Below are positions 53,517-63,906 of a stretch of DNA of 64,000 nucleotides, piece after piece; positions within the stretch are counted from its first letter, which is position 1; each line of letters starts with the position of its first letter. The notes under the pieces were generated by a model. The model was not told where the DNA came from, did no database searches, and saw only the letters and a program-made list of their open reading frames with translations. The DNA lies in assembly GCA_963737655.1 (NCBI GenBank), contig CAVTTN010000002.1, forward strand, positions 3,968,001-4,032,000, given 5' to 3'. A program made the translations under genes and the position numbers. The stretch is from an uncultured Planctomycetota bacterium (GTDB lineage: Bacteria > Planctomycetota > Planctomycetia > Isosphaerales > Isosphaeraceae).

Positions 53517-54251
53517 ATGCCACGCACCGCTCGCGCCTCCGTCGCCGGACTCCCCTACCACGCCCTCAACCGCGGCAACCGCCGCGCATCCGTCTTCCAC
53601 AAGCCCGCCGACTACGACGCCTTCGTCGAGGCCATCGCCGACTCCTGCCGCCGTTTGCCGATGGACCTCCTCGGCTACTGCCTCATGCCCAACCACTTCC
53701 ATCTCGTCCTCCGGCCCCACGAAGACGGCGACCTCGGCCGGTGGATGCGTCGGCTCCTGACCACCCACGCCCTCCGCTATCACCGACACTACGGCACCAC
53801 CGGCCACGTCTGGCAGGGCCGCTACAAGGCCTTCCCCGTCCAGGACGACGACCACCTCGCCGCCGTCCTCCGCTACGTCGTGCGCAACCCCCTGAGGGCC
53901 GAGCTCGTCGCGCGGGCCGAGCACTGGAAGTGGTCGAGCCTGCCCGGATGGCTCGCCGGGGACGCCCTCCTCGGACGCGGCGAGCCCGACCCGCGGGGGC
54001 CGGGTTGGGTCGAGCGGGTCAACGAGCCGCTGTCGGCCGGCGACCTCCGGCGGCTCCGCCTGTCGGTGGAGCGCGAGCGGCCCTTCGGCTCCGACGAGTG
54101 GACCCTCCGCACCGCCGAGCGGCTCGGCCTGGGATCGACTCTCCGGGGCCGGGGGCGGCCGAGGAAGGCACCGCCCCGGGATTCCCCCTCCGCGACTGGC
54201 GCCGACCGCCGCGACGAATCCCCCACCGGGCGAGACCCCGGCCCGCCCTGA
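53517..54251 (+). mobile_element. REP-associated tyrosine transposase (RAYT, Y1/HUH IS200-like)
   Basis: MPR..R, YHALNRGNRR, YCLMPNHFHL (HUH), GHVWQGRYK, RYVVRNP, WSS, RGRPRK. Confidence 0.9.
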
Positions 54252-54454
54252 CCGACCCTCTGGAACACCGCATTTCACCGGCCCCGATCGACCGACGGGC
54301 CGCCAATCGAGCCATTACCGCCGGACCATCCATCCCCTCTCGACCCGGCCGCGAATTTCGAGGCGCTCTGATCGGTCCATGCCGATCGGGGGCCGGTCCC
54401 TCGCGTGTCGATCGATCCTGCGGGTCGGTCGGATCGGCCCGAGGATTCCCTCCC

Positions 54455-54549
54455 CGGGGGGTTGCTTCCGCCGACCCATACACTATCCTAAACTCTCCTC
54501 AGGGTCCGGGACGTAGCCGGTCTTCCGTCCCTTCGCGCTCAACGACGAG
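54455..54549 (+). promoter_or_regulatory. clpV upstream region (direct repeat B) with possible promoter and RBS
   Basis: TTGCTT-16bp-TATCCT, GAGG before ATG 54559; repeat of 50452-50546. Confidence 0.55.
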
Positions 54550-54558
54550 GATACACTC

Positions 54559-57228
54559 ATGGGCCTGGACTCCGGTTCGCTGATCAAGAAGCTGAACAAA
54601 ACTTGCCTCGATGCCCTCCAGTCGGCGGCGGGACTTTGCCTGTCCCGGACCAATAGCACCGTCGAGGTTGAGCACTGGCTGTTCAAGCTCAACGAGGCGA
54701 CCGATAGCGACCTGACCCGGCTCTATCGCCAGTTCGAGGTCGATCCGTCCCGGCTCCAGCGCGAGCTCAGCAAGGCGATCGACGCCTTCAAGACCGGCAA
54801 CTCGCGGACTCCTTCGCTGTCCGGCCAGATCCTGGACCTCGTGCGCGAGTCCTGGGTGCTCGCGTCGGTCCAGTACGGGGCGACGAAGATCCGGTCCGGC
54901 GTCTTGTTGCTGGCCCTCCTGAGCGACGAGAAGCTCGGCCGCCTGGCCCGCGAGGCGTCGAAGGAGCTGGGCAAGATCCAGACCGAGAGCCTCTTCCCGT
55001 CGCTCTTGAAGATCGTCGGCGGGTCGGTCGAGGACGAGGCGGAAGCAACCTCGGGACCGGCGTCGGCCGGTCAAGCGCCTGGGACCAGCCCGAATAGCAA
55101 GACTCCGGCCCTCGACCAGTTCACCGAGAACCTCACGGCCAAGGCCAAGGCCGGCAAGATCGACCCGGTCCTCGGCCGGGACCCCGAAATCCGCCAGATG
55201 GTGGACATCCTGATCCGCCGCCGCCAGAACAACCCGATCCTCACCGGCGAGGCGGGCGTGGGCAAGACGGCGGTGGTCGAAGGGTTCGCCCTCCGGGTCG
55301 CCCAGGGAGACATCCCCGACGTCCTCAAGAACATCTCGATCCGCACCCTGGACCTCGCCTTGTTGCAGGCCGGCGCGGGCGTGAAAGGGGAGTTCGAGAA
55401 CCGCCTGAAGCAGGTGCTCGCCGAGGTGAAGTCCTCGCCCACGCCGATCGTCCTGTTCATCGACGAGGCCCACACGATGATCGGCGCCGGCGGCCAGGCC
55501 GGCCAGGGCGATGCCGCCAACCTCCTCAAGCCGGCCCTCGCCCGCGGCGAGCTCCGCACCATCGCCGCGACGACCTGGGCCGAATACAAGAAATATTTCG
55601 AGAAAGACGCCGCGCTCGCCCGCCGGTTCCAGGTCGTGAAGGTCGAGGAACCCGCCATCGCCCACGCCATCAACATGATGCGGGGGCTGACCGGGATGCT
55701 GGAGAAGCACCACGGCGTCCGCATCCTGGATGAGGCCGTCGAGGACTCGGTGAAGCTCTCCGCCCGGTACATCCCGGCCCGGCAACTGCCGGACAAATCC
55801 GTCAGCCTGCTGGACACCGCCTGCGCCCGGGTGGCCATCGGCCAGGCGGCCATCCCTCCGGCCGTCGAGGACTCGCGACGGAAGATCGACGCCCTCGGCG
55901 TCGAGATCGGCATCCTCGAACGCGAGAGCGTGACCGGCGGGGCCCACGAGGAACGGCTCTCCGACAAGAGGGCCGAGCTGGAAAAGACCAAAGCGACTCT
56001 CACCGACCTGGAGAAGCGCTGGGAGGCCGAGCGGACCCTGGTCAACGAGATCAAGGCCCTCCGCGACGCGATCGAGGGGCATCACGCCAAGGCCAACGGC
56101 GACGGCACCGGCGCCCCGGCCGACGCCTCGCACGACTTCGCGAAGCTCCGGGGCGACCTCGCCGCCAAGAACGCCGAGCTGCGGAAGCTCCAGGGCGAGA
56201 CCCCCCTGCTCCAGGTCTGCGTCGATTCCCAGACGATCGCCGAGGTCATCTCCGGCTGGACCGGAATCCCCGTCGGCAAGATGCTGACCGACGAGATCAA
56301 CACGGTCCTGAACCTCAAGGACAAGCTGGAAGCCCGGGTGATCGGCCAGCCCCACGCCCTCGAAGCTATCGCCCAGAGGATCCGGACGGCCCGGGCCAAC
56401 CTGACCGACCCGAGGCGGCCGATCGGCGTCTTCATGCTCGTCGGCCCCTCGGGCGTGGGCAAGACCGAGACCGCGATGGCCCTCGCCGACACCCTGTACG
56501 GCGGCGAGGACAACATGGTCACCATCAATATGTCCGAGTACAAGGACAGCTCCTCGATCTCCAACCTCAAGGGCTCGGCCAAGGGACTCGTCGGCTGGGG
56601 CGAGGGCGGCGTGTTGACCGAGGCCGTCCGCCGGAGGCCGTATTCCGTCGTCCTCCTGGACGAGTGCGAGAAGGCCCATTATGATGTGATGGAGCTGTTC
56701 TTCCAGGTCTTCGACAAGGGCACCCTGGAGGACACCGACGGCCGGGAGATCGACTTCAAGAACACGGTGATCCTGCTGACCTCCAACGTCGGCACCGACA
56801 CCTTCATGAAGCTCTGCGCCGACCCGGAGACGGCCCCCGAACCGCAAGCCCTGGTGGAGGCGCTCCGCCCCGACCTCCTCAAGTCGTTCAAGCCGGCCTT
56901 CCTCGGCCGTCTGATCGTGGTGCCGTACTATCCGATCTCCGACGAGATCATGAAGTCGATCATCAAGCTCCAGCTCGGCCGGATCGGCAAGCGGCTCCAG
57001 GAGAACCACAAGGCGAAGTTCTCGTACAGCGACGACCTGATCGGCAACATCGCCGCCCGGTGCACCGAGGCCGACAGCGGCGCGAGAAATGTCGATGCAA
57101 TCCTCACGCGGACCCTCCTCCCGGAGATTTCTCAGGAATTCCTGACCAAGATGGCGGCCGGCGAGCCGATCTCCAAGGTCCATGTCGGCATCGGCCCCGA
57201 GGGGAATTTCGCCTACGAGATCGCCTGA
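54559..57228 (+). CDS. clpV: T6SS AAA+ ATPase ClpV/TssH
   Basis: AAGLCLSRT..VEVEHW, RRRQNNPILTGEAGVGKT, LQAGAGVKGEFE, RQLPDK, GPSGVGKTET. Confidence 0.96.
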   Translation: MGLDSGSLIKKLNKTCLDALQSAAGLCLSRTNSTVEVEHWLFKLNEATDSDLTRLYRQFEVDPSRLQRELSKAIDAFKTGNSRTPSLSGQILDLVRESWVLASVQYGATKIRSGVLLLALLSDEKLGRLAREASKELGKIQTESLFPSLLKIVGGSVEDEAEATSGPASAGQAPGTSPNSKTPALDQFTENLTAKAKAGKIDPVLGRDPEIRQMVDILIRRRQNNPILTGEAGVGKTAVVEGFALRVAQGDIPDVLKNISIRTLDLALLQAGAGVKGEFENRLKQVLAEVKSSPTPIVLFIDEAHTMIGAGGQAGQGDAANLLKPALARGELRTIAATTWAEYKKYFEKDAALARRFQVVKVEEPAIAHAINMMRGLTGMLEKHHGVRILDEAVEDSVKLSARYIPARQLPDKSVSLLDTACARVAIGQAAIPPAVEDSRRKIDALGVEIGILERESVTGGAHEERLSDKRAELEKTKATLTDLEKRWEAERTLVNEIKALRDAIEGHHAKANGDGTGAPADASHDFAKLRGDLAAKNAELRKLQGETPLLQVCVDSQTIAEVISGWTGIPVGKMLTDEINTVLNLKDKLEARVIGQPHALEAIAQRIRTARANLTDPRRPIGVFMLVGPSGVGKTETAMALADTLYGGEDNMVTINMSEYKDSSSISNLKGSAKGLVGWGEGGVLTEAVRRRPYSVVLLDECEKAHYDVMELFFQVFDKGTLEDTDGREIDFKNTVILLTSNVGTDTFMKLCADPETAPEPQALVEALRPDLLKSFKPAFLGRLIVVPYYPISDEIMKSIIKLQLGRIGKRLQENHKAKFSYSDDLIGNIAARCTEADSGARNVDAILTRTLLPEISQEFLTKMAAGEPISKVHVGIGPEGNFAYEIA

Positions 57229-57255
57229 TCGAAGCTCCCCGAGGCCGTGAGGCCC

Positions 57256-57308
57256 CGACGGACTGGGGACGGGCACCCCGAGTGCGAGGAGCCAGTCCCC
57301 GTCCCGTC
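57256..57308. repeat. Hairpin / REP-like element after clpV
   Basis: GACGG-act-GGGGACGGGCACC...GAGCCAGTCCCC-gtc-CCGTC; shares the GGGGAC/GTCCCC core with the island arms. Confidence 0.45.
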
Positions 57309-57409
57309 AGGGCCTCCGAGCGTGCCGGCGACGTGAGACCCACCGCCCCTCCGATGGGGTTGTCCGCCCGGCCGCCCCGAGGCGCGGACGGCCCCGAGCC
57401 AGGTCCGCC

Positions 57410-58282
57410 ATGCCCGACCCCCTGAAGGTGCTGTCGATCCTCCGGCGGGCGACCTCCGCGTTTCGGTCCACTCCGGGCCGATCCGGCTCGGTCGTCCGGC
57501 TGGATTCGGCCGAGGAGGTGGTCGTCGTCGGCGACCTCCACGGCCATCTCCACGTCTTCGCCGACGTCCTCAAAGATGCCGCGCTCGATCGCCATCCGGG
57601 ACGTCATCTGGTCGTCCAGGAACTCGTCCACGACACCCGGACCGACCCCGATGGCGACGACGGCGACCTCTCCCACCGATTGATCGACGTCGTTTGCGCC
57701 CTGAAATGCCAGCATCCCGGGCGCGTCCATTATCTGCCGGGGAACCACGAGCTTTCCGAGCTCACCGGCCGGTCGATCGGCAAGAACGGCGTCCCGCTGA
57801 ACGCCCTGTTCCGCAAGGGCGTCCAGACGACGTATGGCGACCATGCCGAGGCCATCGTGGCGGCCTACGACGGCCTGTTCCGGTCGTTGCCGCTCGCCGC
57901 GAGGACACCCAACGGCGTGTTCCTCTGCCACACGATCCCGGATGCCCGCTATCTCGACGAATTCGACCCGACGATCCTCGACTCGGACGACTGGCCGGGG
58001 GAATCCCTGATGAGGGGCGGTTCGGTCTACGCCATGACCTGGGGCCGGGATACGACGATCGAGACGGCCGACCGCTTCGCACAAATCGTGGGCGCGGACC
58101 TCTTCGTCTGCGGCCACCAGCCGTGCGACGAGGGGGCCCGACGCGCCAACGATCGCGTCCTGATCCTCGACGGCACCGATCCGGCCCCGGCCTGGTGCCT
58201 GTTCCCGGCGAGGGGGCCGATCACCATCGACGACCTCGAGGCCGGCGTCCGCCCCCCTCGGCCGCTCTCGACGCCTACCTGA
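57410..58282 (+). CDS. Calcineurin-like metallophosphoesterase
   Basis: GDLHGH, GNHE, LCHT, CGHQP. Confidence 0.88.
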   Translation: MPDPLKVLSILRRATSAFRSTPGRSGSVVRLDSAEEVVVVGDLHGHLHVFADVLKDAALDRHPGRHLVVQELVHDTRTDPDGDDGDLSHRLIDVVCALKCQHPGRVHYLPGNHELSELTGRSIGKNGVPLNALFRKGVQTTYGDHAEAIVAAYDGLFRSLPLAARTPNGVFLCHTIPDARYLDEFDPTILDSDDWPGESLMRGGSVYAMTWGRDTTIETADRFAQIVGADLFVCGHQPCDEGARRANDRVLILDGTDPAPAWCLFPARGPITIDDLEAGVRPPRPLSTPT

Positions 58283-59635
58283 GGAAGAGCAGATTGACGG
58301 CCACGAACAGGGGGATCAGGATGGACCCGCTGAAGGCCATGTAGCCGAAAAACCCCGGCATCTTGACCCCTCGGGCCTCGGCGATCGACTTGACCATGAA
58401 GTTCGGGCCATTGCCGATATACGTATTCGCCCCCATGAAGACCGAGCCGAGCGAGACGGCCATCAGGAGATCCTGACGGACCAAACCGCCTTCCAGGAGG
58501 GCGACGGTGGCCGCCCCGGGCGATCCGACGAGCGAGCGGGCGGCCTCGAAGAAGACGACATAGGTGGGGGCGTTGTCCAGGACGCTCGAAAGCAGGCCGC
58601 TGGCCCAGAAGAAGTGGGACGGCGAGCTCAGGCCGAGCTCCGGCCCCCGGGCCGGAGGATCTCGATCGGCACCTGCATCGTCAGGAAGATCCCGAGGAAC
58701 AGGCAGGCGACCTCCAGGATCGCCGAATAGCTGAATTCGACCTCCTTGCGAAGCCCCCGCGGGGTCGTCGCCAGCGAGAGGCCGGTCAGGGCGAGCATCA
58801 CGGCCTCTCGGACGAACTCGCCGACGACGATCTCGGTGCCGGGAAGGGGCCGTTTCGGCACGATCAGGGCCACGGACAGGACCACTCCGAGCAGCCAGAG
58901 GAGATTGATCGCCCCGTGGAGCCTCAGGGGCGAACGGTGCCGGGTCTCCTTCGCGGGAAGGTCGGCCGGCTCACGACGGATCGCCCGGAGGTCCCACACG
59001 AAATAGACCGCCAGGAGGACCGTCAGGCAGAACAGCCACGGGAGCACGAGCCGGGTCGTCCACAGGAACGGCACGCCGCGGAGATAGCCCAGGAATAACG
59101 GCGGATCGCCCAGGGGGAGCAAGCATCCGCCGACGTTCGAGACCACGAAGATGAAGAAGATCACCGTATGGCGGACGTGGCGACGGTCGCGGTTGGTCTG
59201 CAACAAAGGGCGGATCAAGAGCATCGACGCGCCGGTCGTCCCGATCAGGCTGGCGAGTAAGCCGCCCGAAGCGAGGAACGCGGTATTGATGGCCGGCGAC
59301 GCGCCCAGGTCGCCCCGGAGCTGCAATCCCCCGGAGATCACGTAAAGGCTGAACAGAAGGACGATGAACGGGACGAATTCTTCCAGGATCGCCTCGCCCA
59401 CGACGGTCCGGATTGTCGCCAGGCCGGAGGCGGAGACGTGGCCGTCCTCCCCGGCGAGGCCGTAGCCCCGGAGGCCGTAATACGCGAGGACGACCAGGCC
59501 GAGCCCGAGGCCGACATAGAGTTTGTGGTGGTGATGCTCCCACCAGTGGGCCGCCCTCGGGATCTGCGGGAGGGTCGCGATCGCCAGCAGGAGCGCCGCG
59601 AACGGCAAGGCCCAGAGGGCGGAGGGGACGTTCAC
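58275..59635 (-). CDS. Na+/H+ antiporter / ion-transporter superfamily membrane protein; frameshift near 58645
   Basis: GTTGASMLLIRPLL, NVGGCLLPLGDPPLFLG, SVLDNAPTY, MGANTYIGNGPNFMVK. Confidence 0.85.
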
Positions 59636-59688
59636 GAGGGGCCTGCGCTTCCGTCGAGACGAGGAAAAAGCGTCGTTTGGGCCGGATC

Positions 59689-59742
59689 AGAAACGACGCG
59701 CCCCCCGCCGGGGGCGAGGGGCGCGTCGAGGACGTCGTTTCT
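59689..59742 (-). terminator. Hairpin downstream of amtB
   Basis: AGAAACGACG...CGTCGTTTCT enclosing a GC-rich stem. Confidence 0.45.
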
Positions 59743-59761
59743 GGACGGGTTCCCGGGGCGT

Positions 59762-61534
59762 TCAGCGCGTCCCGGTGCTGGAGCCGGCCTTCGTGGCCGA
59801 GCCGTTCTTGAGGAGCTTCGTCGGCACGCCCGGCCCGTGGGTCGAGAGGTGCTCCTCGGCGATGGTCTGGACGGCGATCGGGTCCTCGTTGACGTAGCCG
59901 AAGACGCCCATCTCGGGGATGTCCAGCCCCTCGATCTCGTCCTTGGCCTTCACGCGGATGCCCATCGTCTTGTCGCTGATGAAGAAGAACAGGAAGGCGA
60001 CGGGGAAGACCCAGAGGATGTTCGCGGCCACGCCGATGGTCTGGGCGATCAACTGCTCGGTCCCTCCGCCGTAGAACAGGCCGGTGGGCGTCTTGTCGGC
60101 CACGCCGTTCCAGCCCGCGCCGTACTTGCCGTCGGCGAAGAGGCCGATGCAGAGGCAGCCGAAGGCCCCGCAGACGCCGTGGACGCTCACGGCGCCGACG
60201 GGGTCATCGACCTTCAGCACCTTCTCGACGAACAGGACGCTCCAGATCACCAGGATGCCGGCGATCCCGCCGATGATCACGGCGCCAACCGGGCTGACGA
60301 ACGCACAAGGGGCGGTGATGGCCACGGCCCCGGCCAAAAGGCCGTTGCAGGACATCGTGGGGTCGGGCTTGCCGTAGACGGCCCACATGTAGAGAAGTGA
60401 GGTCAGGGTGCCGGCCGCCGTGGCGAGCATGGTGCAGACCGCGACCGAGGGGACCCGGCCATCGGTGGCCGCCAGGGTCGAGCCGGCGTTGAACCCGAAC
60501 CAGCCGAACGCCAGGATCAGGGTGCCCAGGACCACCATCACGATGTTGTGGCCCGGCAGGGCGTTGGCCGATCCGTCCTTGTTGAACTTGCCGATCCGGG
60601 GGCCGATGACCAGGGCCCCGGCCAGGGCCGTGACGCCGCCGGTCATGTGGACGACCGACGACCCGGCGAAGTCGATGTGGCCGTTGCCGATCCCGAAGTT
60701 CGTGCCGAGCGTCGCGAGCCAGCCGCCGCCCCAGACCCAGCAAGCATAGACCGGGTAGATCACCATCGACAGGAAGAAGCCGAAGACCATGAAGTGGGAG
60801 AACTTCCAGCGCTCGGCCAGGGCCCCGGTGGGGATCGTGGCGGCGGTGTCCATGAACACCATCTGGAACAGGAACATGGTCAGGACGGAGGCGTCATAGG
60901 CATCCCCGGTCAGGAAGAAGCCCTTGTAGCCGAAGATCCCCAACTCCTTGCCGGCGACGGTGATCTTGAAGAGTTTGTCGAGGATGTTCGGGCCGTCGAA
61001 CGCGAGGACGGGGCCGAGGCCGCCCATCTGGATCGCGAACCCGCAGATCCAGAAGCCGAGCATGCCGATGGCGTAGACCACGAAGTTCATGGCCATCGTG
61101 TGGGCCACGTTCTTGGCGCGGGTCAGCCCGGTCTCGACCAGGGCGAAGCCGGCCTGCATGAACATGACGAGGAAGCCGGCGATCAGGGCCCAGAGGATGT
61201 TCAGGGCCACCTTGATCTGCTTGGTATCCTTGGCCAGGGTCTCCGTGGTGACGACGATCTTGCCGTCCTTGTCCTTGTCGCCGGTCAGGGTATAGCCGGC
61301 GGCACCGGTGTAGCTGCCGGTGGAGTCGGGCGCCGTCGGAGTCACCTTCGGGTCGGGGGCCGCGGCGGGCGCGGCCGGGGTGGCGTCGGTGGTCGCCGCG
61401 GTGGGCGCGACCGGGGCCTCCTCGGCCTTCTTCGCCTCCTGGGCGTGGCCCCAGTTGCCGGCCAGGAAGATGGTCAGGGCCATCGTGGCCCCCAGCGACA
61501 GCATGACCCAGGGTCTCCGACGACTGCTCATCAT
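59762..61534 (-). CDS. amtB: Ammonium transporter
   Basis: FMQAGFALVETG, FQMVF, GALAER, DFAGSSVVHMTGG, GWFGFNAGS, DDPVGAVSVHG. Confidence 0.95.
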   Translation of the reverse strand: MMSSRRRPWVMLSLGATMALTIFLAGNWGHAQEAKKAEEAPVAPTAATTDATPAAPAAAPDPKVTPTAPDSTGSYTGAAGYTLTGDKDKDGKIVVTTETLAKDTKQIKVALNILWALIAGFLVMFMQAGFALVETGLTRAKNVAHTMAMNFVVYAIGMLGFWICGFAIQMGGLGPVLAFDGPNILDKLFKITVAGKELGIFGYKGFFLTGDAYDASVLTMFLFQMVFMDTAATIPTGALAERWKFSHFMVFGFFLSMVIYPVYACWVWGGGWLATLGTNFGIGNGHIDFAGSSVVHMTGGVTALAGALVIGPRIGKFNKDGSANALPGHNIVMVVLGTLILAFGWFGFNAGSTLAATDGRVPSVAVCTMLATAAGTLTSLLYMWAVYGKPDPTMSCNGLLAGAVAITAPCAFVSPVGAVIIGGIAGILVIWSVLFVEKVLKVDDPVGAVSVHGVCGAFGCLCIGLFADGKYGAGWNGVADKTPTGLFYGGGTEQLIAQTIGVAANILWVFPVAFLFFFISDKTMGIRVKAKDEIEGLDIPEMGVFGYVNEDPIAVQTIAEEHLSTHGPGVPTKLLKNGSATKAGSSTGTR

Positions 61535-61711
61535 CACGGTGATCCTCCGGCTCGCGGTCCCGGGCTCGATCTCCGAGCCCTCCGCGGCCTGTTCCAGAAT
61601 TGGGAGAGGGGAACGAAGGAGGGCCCGAGCGGGCCGATCAGGGCCTCGGGCCGGGCCCAATGGCGGCCCTTGCGGCGGGGTTCGCCCATTCGACGACTCG
61701 GCCCGAGTTTC

Positions 61712-61726
61712 GCAAGCATCGTGCCG
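61712..61726 (-). promoter_or_regulatory. Sigma54 promoter of amtB
   Basis: Minus strand CGGCACGATGCTTGC = GG-N10-GC consensus. Confidence 0.75.
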
Positions 61727-61833
61727 ACACCCATCCGCCGGCGCGATGGGTCGAGATTCCAGCCCAAGTCCTTTCCCCAGAATGGTCTCCGCGCGAAAAA
61801 TGCGTGGGCGCGTTCGGGGCAGCTTGGTTCATT

Positions 61834-61871
61834 CGCTGTTTTTTTGGGCGTTCGTGCTTCAAATTTCGGCA
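61834..61871. promoter_or_regulatory. Tandem NtrC-like enhancer sites
   Basis: CGC-N11-GCG (61834-61850) and TGC-N11-GCA (61855-61871), AT-rich cores, 21 bp apart, upstream of the sigma54 site. Confidence 0.55.
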
Positions 61872-61980
61872 GACTCCGGCGGGGGCGACGAGTCGGCTTC
61901 CCGGGAATGACGAACGGCCCCGTGACCTCGGAGGAGGCGGCGGGGGCCGTTCGGGATGGGATCGTGACCCGGCGGGTTGC

Positions 61981-63584
61981 TCAGTACAGCAAGATCACGT
62001 CGAAGCCCAGGGTCAACTGGCTGTTGCGCGTCCCATCGCTATACGGGTGGCCGCTCCGGGCGAAGTCGTACCGGGCCTCGGGCCGGATCCAGATGTAGGG
62101 CACTGGCTTGTAGATCAGGCCGAGCGTGAATTCGGAGTAGTTCGTCGCGATCCCGGTGCGGACGCCGTTGTTGTCCCGGAAGATTTCCGACCGCCAGACG
62201 CCGGTCAGCTTGTCGCTGTCCTTGGTGATCTTGTAGAGGAACCAGTTGCCGAAGCTGTACCAGCCCGCCCCGTGAGACGCGCCGGACTGCACCACGCCGT
62301 TGACGACCGAGGAGGCCGCCCCCGGGACGTTCTGCTCATACGCCTCGTCGGTCTCCATGACCTGCGTCAGCCGGTCGTTCCACTTGTGGGAGAGGACCGT
62401 CGTGAACAGGACGCGGTCGTTCGAGGAATAGCCGGGGTTCTTCTGGCCGGCGAGCGAGGGGACGTTGATGTAGCCGGTGGGATAGAAGTCCTGGTTGGCC
62501 GGGAGCTGCTTGGGGAACTGGTTGGGGCCCCAGACGGTGGTGAAGGCCACCGAGGTCTTGTCCTCGTTGAAGGTGTACGAGAACCCGCCGATGTAGCCCC
62601 ACTTGTAGTGGGTGTTGATCCAGCGGTCCCAGCCGTTGATGGCCCCGTTATAGATGTTCAGCTTGTCGGTGATGTGCCAGGTGCTCACCATGCCGAAATG
62701 GGTGAACGGCTGGCCGTAGTTGAACATGTAAGGCACCGAGAGGAGCGGTCGGCCAGTTGCTGGAACGACTTCGTAGCCGGCCAGGGTGTACCAGCGGCCC
62801 CCCTTGAAGTCGATGCCCTTGGTGCCCAGGAACTTGTCGGGGACGTGCATCTCGACGTACATCTGGGCCGGGTCGTAGCCGGCGAAGTGGTTGGGCGAGA
62901 AGGACGTCTGGTTCAACCCCTGCATGTGGTTGAACTGCCAGTCGTTGCCGAACAGGTTGTCCACCCGGAAGCCGAAGTTGATCTCGTCGTTCTGCTCCAG
63001 GGGCTTTTCGAAGATCAGGTAGTACTGGTTGCCCATCCAGCGGTTGGCTTCGTAGTTCGGGTTCACGCCGAAGTTATAGGGGCTGCGGCCTCCCAGGGTG
63101 CCGTTGGTATTGCCGGTGTAGGAGTTCTGGAGCCATCCGTAGATCTTGATCTTGGAATCTTCCATGCCGAAGAAGTTCATCAGGAGCTTGGTCTCGTCCT
63201 TCTCGGGCTCCTCGGCCTCTTCCTCGGCCTGCTGGGCCTCGGTGGGCTCGCCGCCTCCGCCCTCGCGCTCGGACTTCGGCAGGGACAGGTCGGTGTCGGA
63301 GGCGGTGCTGGAGTCGGTCGGGGACGTCCCCTCGCCGGGCCCCGGGGGCCGGGCCGGGGGCGGGGGCGGCGCGGTGTCGGACGGGGTGGCCTGGACCCTT
63401 CGGACCCCGACCCCCGGGAAGAAGCGATTGACGCCGGAGTTGGGGCCCAGGGGGCGGCCGGGCGTCACGGCCGGGGCCCGGGCGCGACCGGGGAGGTCTG
63501 GGCCCGGGCGTTCTCTCCGAAGAAGACCAGCATCGCGGCGAGGGCGGCTCCTGCCCTCCACGCCGAGGTTAGATTCGCTTTCAT
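61981..63584 (-). CDS. Outer-membrane beta-barrel porin (BBP2/DUF1597-like); frameshift near 63480
   Basis: Signal peptide MKANLTSAWRAGAALAAMLVFFGENARA; NQYYLIFEK, GRWYTLAGYEVV, PFTHFG, RPEARYD, terminal Y. Confidence 0.85.
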
Positions 63585-63906
63585 CCTGAAAGCTCCGCAA
63601 CGAAGTCCTTATCCCGCTCGACGACAGCACGGGGAGAGGGCCGGGCTTTCCGCAGTCCTTGCGGATCTCGTCTCCGCCTCACGCCCGGAATTCCCGGAAC
63701 GATCGGAGGTTCGTGACCTTCATATCGGCCGGGGTGATATCGGTGTTGACGCTTTTTGCCGAAACCCCCAGGGCCCCCGAGCCCCCGACGCTTCACGGCT
63801 CCGGGCCCAGAGTGTTTAATTCGTCTTTCGGGGGCCTTAGACTGAGGCGTCGGCAGGGGCTTCCTCTTCCGGGCCCCGGATCGGTCCGGAATCACGAGCG
63901 ACTCCG

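Noticed and set aside
53517..54251. IS200/IS605 element with tnpB
   Set aside because: No TnpB/IscB ORF is adjacent, and motifs and neighbouring repeats fit a RAYT.
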